Below, piece after piece: positions 28,970-38,300 of a stretch of DNA of 64,000 nt. Both the position numbers and the translations under genes were made by a program. Location of the stretch: positions 69,538 to 133,537 of the forward strand of contig JAAOMT010000128.1 of assembly GCA_016748015.1 (NCBI GenBank). Direction: 5' to 3'. The notes below the pieces were generated by a model. That model had not been told where the DNA came from. It saw only the letters and a program-made list of their open reading frames with translations, and ran no database searches. The DNA is from Geosiphon pyriformis uo1 (taxonomy: Eukaryota > Fungi > Glomeromycota). Positions within the stretch are counted from its first letter, which is position 1; each line of letters starts with the position of its first letter.

Positions 28970-30054
28970 TGTTATGGGCAAACTTGGTGGATATGGGAAA
29001 TAGTAATGTTTGATGCTCTCAATTATGGATGATGTATCTTCTGCGTAATTCTGTTGGCTTAGTCTTGATTATTAGTCTCTGAAAGTCTATTCCTGGATGT
29101 GAATTTACTCGTTGAGTTCTTTGGTTATAAGACACAGAGTTTGTTTTTTGTCAATTGCAACATTTTTTGTAAATGTGAGCTTTCTTCTCCGAGCTAATAA
29201 GCACAGTTGTTAGGGTCTGGCATTGTCTTTTCACTCTTCTGGTAAGCTAACAAGATAATGTTAATATCTAAAACTTAGGAGGAGCTTTCTTCTTTTACCA
29301 GGCTATCACGAAGTCTATTCCCAGACAGTCGATTTTACTATGTTGCCACTTCACAAAAATAAGACAGAAAAAGAAAAAAAAAGAAAAAAAGAAAAGAAAA
29401 AGAAAGAGAGAAAAGATAAATTAGTATCGTCAATTGCCATGATCAAGAGTAATTGGTCCAAATCATTAATAGATTCAAGGCGGTTATGCTAAGAGCATCT
29501 ATCCTAGAATGAAGGTATGAGACAAGGGTTAATTTACGTAAATTCCACGAAGTTCAAGAACATAAATTCGTGATTCTGATTTCTTTTTAATAATTGGTTT
29601 ATTTCAGGAGATGAAATAGGGAAAATAATAAAGGATAAAGGGGTATAGATATTTAATTCTTGTCTAGAAGTTTGTATCTATCTGTCTGTCTTTTCTCACT
29701 TCTACAACTACTTGTTTTTATACATTCTTTTGGTTTTACAGGATTGCTTTCAATTGTCTTGCTATCACTAGCTATTGCTTTGTTGTTTCTGTTATTGCTT
29801 CGTTTTTCTATGTTATCACTAGTTATTCTATGTTATAACACATTATCTGACGTTATTACATGTTATTCTGTGTTATCCTGCATTATAACATATTATCCTA
29901 CATTATTGCATACTATTCTGTGTTATTCTGCGTTATACCATGTTATCCTACATTATAACGTGTTATCCAATGTTATTGCGCATTATTCTGTGTTATGTCA
30001 CATTTTGGTCATGTTTTTTTATAACTTTGAATCGGTTTTTCTATTCAGGTAACA
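28970..30054 (-). repeat. 3' LTR of Gypsy 1
   Basis: Direct repeat of 47714-48798, adjacent to the PPT. Confidence 0.97.
29811..30000. repeat. 10-bp-period tandem array (YRTTATNNNR, about 19 units) in U3 of Gypsy 1; copy at 48555-48744
   Basis: tgttattctg tgttatcctg cattataaca tattatccta cattattgca... Confidence 0.9.
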
Positions 30055-30070
30055 TTATCCCTCTCTTTTT
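30055..30070 (-). other. Polypurine tract of Gypsy 1
   Basis: AAAAAGAGAGGGATAA on the - strand, immediately before the LTR TGTTAC. Confidence 0.9.
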
Positions 30071-30803
30071 AAAATTGAGCTCCTGCGAAACCATATGTAT
30101 CTGTTATTATGGCTTCGTTTGTGTAATGTTCGATTGTTGTCTCGAGTATTGCTTTTTGTAGGTCTTTGAACTGTTGATTGGTTATTCGTCTTATGTTGTT
30201 AACTGTTATGGTTTTCATAGATCCGTTCAGTAGCACATTTAGACAATGTTGGAAGGTAGCGTATAGTCAGTATGCTGCTTTGTAATGTAGGGTCAGGTTG
30301 TTTTTCCCTACAAATTTTTCTACTTGTTGTATTGCTTCTTTGTTGAACATTTTCTGGCTGAGGTCTTTGTATGGTGTTTTCAAGTCAAGCTGTTTTCCAA
30401 TTTTGTAGAACCAATAAGCTGGGAGAAGTCTTTCTTTCCATTTCTGGGCATTGTCAGGTGTCTACTCCCCTGTTTCGGAGAGTTTGGTCCCACAAACTAA
30501 AGCTTTTTTTATTTCTTTAAGCTTGGAAACCAAGTATTTTCTTTTGTAACCTTTTTCTTATTCTTTGCCTCTTTCTTTTCCACCTCCTGCCTGAAGACAA
30601 TTTTTCCTCCAACATTGCCTTTCGGGTGGTGGGTAGGGGAGGAAACATTTAGTTCTAATTGAACTCTTGTCCTCCCCTCTCCTGCTCTTATCTTTGTACT
30701 GTATCTCTTTTTTATCAATTGTTATTTCTATTTAAGATGTCAATTTTTGAATTGTTTCAAATAATTGTTTAGATAATTTTAAAATTTAATCTGAAAAGTC
30801 CAT
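30069..30803 (-). pseudogene. Gypsy 1 ORF3 (245 codons, in-frame stops, no frameshift), unknown function
   Basis: Manual translation MDFSD*ILKLSKQLF...LPAYWFYKIGKQL...KEAIQQV...YKAAY*LYATFQHCLNVL...GFAGAQF*. Homologous to 33130-33783. Confidence 0.85.
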
Positions 30804-32114
30804 GTTGAAATTTCTATCATTTCTTGCTGCTTTTTGGATGCTATATATATTTGAATTCCCCAATTTAATTTGCTGCCCATTGTCTACATTTCGATGACGA
30901 TGATTGGTTTCAGATCTCGTGGTATATCTTCTGGTCTGATTAATGAAATTTGTGTTCCTAGTTGAGGTACTGATGACAATGATTCCTGTTTTTCATGATA
31001 AATTTTTAACTGATTTCCATGTGCTACTTTCTTTAAAATTCTGTCTTCTAATCGTAATTTGTAAGCTCCATTTCCTAATGCTTTGTGTATATGGAATAGA
31101 CTGTCCCACTTTGGGTCGAACTTTCCACTCCACTGTTTTTCAGCTTTTGTATGATGTAACAGTATTTGGTCTCCAATCTTGAATTTCATTGGTTGTTCTG
31201 ATAGGTGTTTATCATGTCTTTCTTTTTGTCATTCTTGAGCATGACTAATATTGTTAGCTGCTGTTCTTTGATTGTTTTCCAATGTTTCCATTAGCTGGTA
31301 TGTTCTTTGGTATAAGGTAGCTTCAAAATTCTCTTCATTGATTGTTTCTGTTGGGTATAATGATATCACTCATTCAATCGGTAACGTAGCTTTTCTTTCA
31401 TAGACTAGTTCGAATGGTGTGAACTGAGTTGTATTTTGTTTCAATGTTCAGTATGCAAAAAGTACAGAATGTATGAATAAGTTCCATTCTTGTTTGTTTT
31501 CATGACTTATTTTTGCTAGTGCTTTGCATAGTGTTCTGTTAAATCATTCTACCAGTCCGTTTGTTTGTGGGTGGTATGGTGACAATAAGGGTCTCTTTAT
31601 TTCAAACCATTGGCTTAGTTCAGTCAGCATATTATTAATAAAGTGTGTTCTCTGATCAGATAATAATTCTTTTGGACATTCATGTCAGCAAATTAGGTCT
31701 TGATGCACAAATTTGGCTACTGTTTTGGCATTGGCCACTTGGATTGCTCTGGCTTCTGGCCATTTTGTAAGATAGTTTATGGCTACAGCAATATAGTGAT
31801 TTCCTTGGGATGTAATTGAAAGAGGTCCAACCAAATCAATCCCAATTCTATCAAATAAATTTCCAACTGGAATGGGTCAAAGTGGTTCTGTTAATCTTGC
31901 TCCTCCTCTTCGCTGGCATGCATCACAATTGAGCATGTATTCGAAAATGTCTTTGTACATTGTTGGCCAATAGTATAAGTTTAGTGTTCTTTCGAGGGTA
32001 ACATCTTTGTTAAAGTGTTCTGCAGTCGGATTTGAGTGCACGCTATATAGTATAGTTTCTCTTTTACTGTCCTTGATTAGTCATTGTGGGTTGGGATGGT
32101 TTCGGCGTTCTCGT

Positions 32115-33095
32115 TGTTACTGGAGGTTTTTGGTCTCTTTTTTTAAATGTTGGTAATGTTGATTTGCTGTGAATTCACATTTTCAGGAAGTAGTTGAACC
32201 TCCAATAATTAAATTTATCTTCAAATTATCTTCTATAATTTGAACTGCTGGGCTTATAAGTGGAATGACTAATTTCTTGCCAGTTACTTTATGTAGTTAT
32301 GTTGTAGTAAACGTCAACTCTTTCCCAGGAATTGCTCATTTGGAAGCTTACTAAAATGTATAGTTACTTTGCTGTAAAAGTCAACTTTTTTACAGGAATC
32401 TCATCTGTAGGCTACCCTAATGATTGTAATAAGAAAAGAAAAGGAAAATAAAAGAAATGTAAAAGAAATAGAATTTTATCAAGGAAAATGTTTTCTATCC
32501 AGGCCTGGAGTTACTAACAGTTTACTAAAATTGGTAGCTAATTAATTTCGAAATGTTAGTTGGTTTTTGAGGATTTTCCAAGTGCAATAATTTAAAGAAT
32601 TTGGTTTTTTGAATTATTTGATATTTATTTCTTTTTGTGTGTATAAGAATGGTTTTAAGAGATAAATCTAAAGGAAGATATTTTTTCTCGAAGAGAGAAG
32701 CTTTTCTTTTATACAACTTGTCGTAACACTATTCTATAAACTTGAACTTTGCTATTTTCTACAATTTCGCTAAACTAAAGATACATTTCGGTGAACTACA
32801 AGTTATTTCTGCGAACTTATTAGATATTTCAGTGAACTATCAATTATTTCGGCAAATTTCTATAAATTTCAGCGAACTTTTGAATGTTACATAGTTCGGA
32901 GTATTGCATGATTGATCATCGCAATTAGGTTACATTTGTGTTGTGTACAATTTGGGTTATTAATTAAATGATAATTTTGGACATTCTTTGCTAATGTAAT
33001 AAGTGATAATTTGAAATGATAATATATGCTAATTAATGATAGGAATTATAAGATAATTTCATGCTAAATAATATCTCTAATTTCGTCTGGTAACA
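32115..33095 (-). repeat. 3' LTR of Gypsy 2 (981 bp)
   Basis: Terminal inverted repeats. PPT GAGAAAGAGGTTA at 33096-33108. Confidence 0.93.
32752..32880. repeat. 20-21-bp-period array with palindromic core TTC(G/A/T)GYGAA, about 6 units, in U3 of Gypsy 2; copy at ~41345-41472
   Basis: atttcggtgaacta / atttctgcgaactt / atttcagtgaacta / atttcggcaaattt / atttcagcgaactt. Confidence 0.88.
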
Positions 33096-33129
33096 TAACC
33101 TCTTTCTCAAGACTGAGCTCTGTCAAAGT

Positions 33130-33783
33130 CTAAGTACTGTCTGTTATTTCCAGATAATAATTCAAAATTATTGAAGAAATTTGGTCTGAAAATTGTTGAA
33201 ATTTCAGTTTTGTGAGCTTTCCAATATATTGAATCTTCAAAGGTTGAAAAATTGGGTTTTGCAGTACGTTTTCACAGATGTGAAATAGGTCATAAAGTCT
33301 AAGAGCAGCTCTGAGCTTGTAGTGACTGTTTGTTGGTCCAGCTGTTGTTTTGAATTCATTGTGGAGTTGTTTTTGAATAGCTTCTTTTGTGAGGTTTACT
33401 GTTGTAAGTTCCAGTTTCCGTTCGTAGAGTGTTTTTCCAATGTGAAAATATCTATAGATTGGAGGATATTCAGTGTTTTCCTCATTGAGACACAATTGAA
33501 GTCTTTGTTGACTTGTAGCATTTGGTGGAATACTAATTGGAGTGAGCATTAGGTTTTCTCTTAAAGCAAGCTTTAAAAGTTCTGACAGGTGAATTCCAGT
33601 ATAACTTCTTGTGTTCTTTTTATATGGATAATATTTTCGTGAATTTGGGGCTAATTTTGTAACTACTTCTGTTTGGGTATAATTTATGTGGTTTCCAGTA
33701 ACAGTAATGGATAATTCAGGTATTGTTTTTAAAGCTAACATTAGTTTTTGGGATAATTGTTGAATGTTTTGAGGAATAGTCAT
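33130..33783 (-). CDS. Gypsy 2 ORF3, intact 217-aa protein of unknown function in the env position
   Basis: Open frame from ATG 33783 between the integrase and the PPT. No signal peptide or transmembrane stretch is visible. Homologues are present in Gypsy 1 and 3. Confidence 0.85.
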   Translation of the reverse strand: MTIPQNIQQLSQKLMLALKTIPELSITVTGNHINYTQTEVVTKLAPNSRKYYPYKKNTRSYTGIHLSELLKLALRENLMLTPISIPPNATSQQRLQLCLNEENTEYPPIYRYFHIGKTLYERKLELTTVNLTKEAIQKQLHNEFKTTAGPTNSHYKLRAALRLYDLFHICENVLQNPIFQPLKIQYIGKLTKLKFQQFSDQISSIILNYYLEITDST

Positions 33784-33899
33784 TATAAGCAATTGAAAAA
33801 CTAAAAATTATTTTTGGTGTATGGGTTTTTATGTTATTTTTGTTTTGTTTTTGTTAGATTGTTTTCTAAATTATAAGAGAATAACTAGTAAAATTAAAT

Positions 33900-35284
33900 C
33901 AAGTGTTCAGGTTGGAAGGTTGTTCAATGACAACTATTGGTTCTAAGTTTCAGTGAATATCTTCAGGACTGACCAAAGGAGAATGTGTACCAATTTGTGG
34001 AATTAATGGTTCAAGATTGTTTCTGGAATGATAGTGTTTCAAACGATCTCTATGTGCAACTTTTGCTAGGATTTTGTCATCAAGTCTTAGCTTGTATAAT
34101 CCATTGCCTAGGATTTCATGGATAAAGAATGGTCCATCCCATTTATTTTTAAATTTTCCACTCCATTGTTTTTCAGCTTTAGTTCTGTGTAAGAGAACTT
34201 TGTTTCCAATTTTAAATTCATTGGTAACTGAAGGCAATTTGTCATCATGCCATTCTTTTTGTTGAGCTTGGGAGTGTTTAATATGGGTGGCTGCTATTCG
34301 TTGTTTTCCTTCCAATATGCTAAGCAGAGTGTAGGCTCTTCGCTAAAGCATTTCTTGGAAATTGTTTTCATTGATTGGTTGTGCTGGGTATGTTTCCACT
34401 GTGAAACTAATTGGTAATATTGCCATCCTTCCATAAGTTAAATCAAATAGTGTGTGTTTTGTGGTATCTTGTTTTAATGTCTTATATGCTAGTAACACTG
34501 ATGAAATAAAGAGATCCTATTCTTGCTTGAAATCGGTTGAGACTTTGGCTAATGACTCACACAATGTTCTATTAAACTGTTCTACAAGTCCGTTTGTTTG
34601 TGGATGGTAGGGCGAAGACAGAGGTCTTTTGACATTAAATTGTTCACAAATTTCTTGTATCAGGTTGTTCACAAAGTGTGTTCCTTGATCAGATAAAAGT
34701 TCAATTGGGCATCCATGTCTACAAATGATGTCTTCGTAGATGAAATTTGCTACTGATTTTGCATCTGCTCATTGAATGGCTCTAGCTTCAGGCCATTTAA
34801 TAAGATAGTCTATAGCTACTGCAATATAATGGTTTCCTTGAGTGGTGATAGATAGTGGTCCAACTAAATTGATACCAACTCTGTCAAAAGGCTGTCCAAC
34901 TTTGATTGGATTTAAAGGTTCTGTAGGGCAAATTCCTCCTTTTCTTTGACAACTATCACAAGATTCAACATATTTGTGAATGTCTTTTCTTATTCGAGGC
35001 CAAAAGTAGTATTTTAGTATTCTTTGGGTGGTGCTATTTTTTCCAAAGTGTGCTGATGAAGGATCTGAGTGCATGTTGTATAAAATGGTCTCTTTTTCTG
35101 GTTCTTGTATTAATCTGAGTGGTTTGGTTGGGTTTTTGAAATTTTGATGATAGATAATATTGTTGTGTAGAAAATATTGTTTGGCTTGTTGTTGTAACCA
35201 ATGTTTTTTGTCTGGGGACCAATCTGTTGGGATTGTTAATGTCTCCAAATATTGTTTGAGATTGTTGTAGTTTTTAGGGTTCAT
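33900..35284 (-). pseudogene. Gypsy 2 integrase (separate ORF)
   Basis: Own ATG (MNPKNY). Motifs H-x6-H...CDSC, VGINLVGP, SDQGTHF, PYHPQTNGLVE and WDGPF. No chromodomain. Confidence 0.93.
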
Positions 35285-35333
35285 TGTTTGTTGTTTTGAT
35301 GCTGTTAATTTAAATGAGTGTTGGTTTTGTTTT

Positions 35334-38300
35334 CTAATCTTGCCTCATTTTTGAGAGACAATCAACGTTGGTATGGAGTTTTCCTGGTTTGTGGTGTACG
35401 ATGTATTGGTAATTAGCTAAAAATCCTGTCCATCAGGTTTGTTTTGCATTCAGCTGGGTGTTTTTGTTTTGAAGCCATTTAAGTCCAATATTATCAGTGA
35501 TAATATCGAATTTTTTGGGTCTGAGGTAAAGGTTGAAGTGATGTAGGGCCCAGATTACTGCTGCGGTTTCCAATTCTGTTGCAGAGTAGTTCTTTTCAGT
35601 TGGCTTTAATGTTCTACTAGCATAAGCAATTACTCGCTCATTTCCCTTGTCATCTAACTGTGATAGGATGGCACTAAAGGCAGTATAAGAGGCATCAGTT
35701 GCTAACTGGAATCGGTTGCTGAAATCTGGGTAGGCGAGGATTAGAGCTGTTGTGAGTTTTTCCTTAAGTATTTTGAAGGCATTTTGGTGTTCTTCTGTCC
35801 ATTTGTATTTGACATTTTTAGTAGTGAGCTGGTTGAGGGGTTTTGCAATTTCTGAGAATCCTTTGATAAATTTTCGGTAATAGGATGCTAATCCAATAAA
35901 TCCTCTTAATTCTGTGGTATTTTGTGGAGTTTTGAAGTTCTTGACAGTACTGATTTTTCTGGGGTCTGGTTTAATTCCATATTTGCTAACAATGTAACCA
36001 AGAAAAGCTAAACTTGTTTTTCTGAAATAGCATTTTTCAATGTTCAGTTTCAATCCTGCTTTCCATAATCATTGAAAAACTTCTCGCAGGTGAATTAAAT
36101 GTAGCTTGAAAGATGGTGAATAAACATCAGTGTCATCAAGATAAACTACTACTGATTTCCAAAGGAGGTCTTTGTAAACAACATCCATAAGTCTTTGGAA
36201 TGTTGCTGGTGCATTGCATAATCCGAAAGACATTACATTGAACTCGTAATTTTCTCCTTGAATGGTGAATGCTGTTTTGGGGCGGTCTTTGGGATTCATA
36301 GCAACTTGCCAGTATCCACTCTCTAAATCTAATATCAAAAAGTATTTGGACTTTCCAAGGGCATCCAACATGTCATCAATTCGAGGAAGAGGATAAGCAT
36401 CCCCAATGGTAACACTGTTGAATTGTCGGTAATCAACACAAAATCGTATCTTTCCATTTTTCTTTTTAACTAGAACTACAGGTGAGGCCCATGGGTTCAT
36501 TGATGGTTGAATAAGCCCATTGTTAAGCATCCGTTGTACTTCTTCTCAGATAAATTGGTGACTTTCTGGAGCAATTCGGTAGGCTTGTTGTTGCCTGGAT
36601 TTGGCATTTTCTGTATAGATTTGGTGTTGAACCAAATCAGTTCTTCCTAAGTCATTGTTGTTTTCGGCGAAGATATCAGCAAATTCTGCAATTAGTTCTT
36701 TGAGCTGGGTCTGTTGTTGTGGTTCAAGTTGTTCTATGTTGATTTGAGATAGTTTTTCCATGACAACATGGTAGTTTTTAGAGCTAGGGTTTGGGTTGAT
36801 TTTTGGTAGTGAATGTCCAATAATTTCAGGGAAATCAGGGACTGTTTGGGGTAATTCTTGTTGAAATATATTACTGTGAATAACTCTAATTTCTAAATTA
36901 TTTAATAAAATTATGGGGTAATTATTGGGGTTGTAAAAAGTAACTCGGACTTTCTTTGTTCCTTCTGGAATATAAATGTTTGGGATCGAAATATTATGTT
37001 CCAAGCAGACTTGTTCATTGGACTCAAAAATTTGTTGTGTGGTTGTTGGCTTTGTGCAAGTGTAGATTTCCGGATGTTCTCCAAAGAGTGAGATAGTAAT
37101 CAGTTGTGGAAGTCTGAGAATCTGGTGGGATTCATTCTGTGTGTTAAGAGCTATATTAACTGGAACTGTGAATCGTCCAGTTGAACCAAAATCTTGGGTT
37201 CCTCTATCGCTTTTTCCTAATTGTTCTCTTTGATTGACTAGTTGCAAACCCGAAATGTTGATTAAGGGTAGGTAAATAGCTTGGGCAATTTTTTCAGCAT
37301 GTTTGATCTTGAATAGTTTGTCAGTTTCATTTTGAAGCATCACTGTTATGTCTCCAGTATATCCAGTATTGATTATTCCTCCTCTGACATTGATTCCTTT
37401 GCTTGCCAGAGAGAACCGGGAGGCGATTTGAACCATTGCTCCTGGCGGGATTTTGAGTGCAATTTTGAGGTTGATTTTTGTGAGAGATTTGGGTTTGAGA
37501 ACAAGAGTATCCTTGCCTGGATATTTTAAGTCATATCCAGCATTAATTTTGTGTGCTTTTTCGGGTTTTATTCCTTGTCCATTGTTGTTAAAGTATTTAA
37601 GTTGTAAGGCAGACTGATTTTCAATAAGATAAATGGGTGTTGTTTCAATTTTTTCCATTTCTTCAGGTTCTCCAAATTCAATTTCATTCTCATCATTTTT
37701 GCTGGGCAAGGGAATACTAAGAGCATAACATTCAGGACACCTTTATTCATTGCAAGGCATAATGTATTCTTCACATAGCCTAATGTTCATTTGCTCTAAT
37801 TGTTGAATTTGAGCTTCTTGGGTTGGGTAGGTGTAACTTGCAATTTGGTGGTAGACTTCTACTTCATCTTCGTAATCGAATCCAGCTAATTCCATGGTGT
37901 ATTCAATGTATTCTGCTTCTTTCATTTGACGAACATCTTCTTTGGTAGCTCCATTAATTAATGCTATTGCTAAGTCGAAAATCATCTTGGCATCATAAGG
38001 GTAGTGATAAAGTTTGTTGAAAGCACTGTTGTATGCTGCATTAAAGGGTGTTCCTCTTTTTACTTTTTCTGAAATTGATAAAGCATATTGGCAGGTTTGA
38101 TTGTAGACGCCTCCTCTCATTGCTACATCAATCCAATTGCATTCTTCTGGTAGCATATCTCCACAAGTCAAACAAGGTGTGTTGTCCCATTTTCTGCTCC
38201 TTTTTATTAAATGGCCTTATTGCTCTCTGTGGCAAGCCTTGCAGTAATAACAAGTATGATTCTCATATTCTTCTTCAGGTAAAATGCAGGCTCCCATTGA

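Noticed and set aside
29660-30052. Hydrophobic 130-aa + strand ORF (also 48404-48682), superficially membrane or Env-like
   Set aside because: It lies antisense inside the LTR, starts at TTG, and is produced by T-rich sequence and the 10-bp array. Its length differs between the two LTRs.
32752-32880. CRISPR-like spaced palindromic repeats
   Set aside because: The period is only ~21 bp, the array is inside a eukaryotic LTR and duplicated in both LTRs, and there are no cas genes.
33900-34100. Chromodomain at the integrase C-terminus
   Set aside because: After the GPY/F region only a short tail ending LEPIVVIE is present, with no aromatic-cage or YLVKW-type motif.
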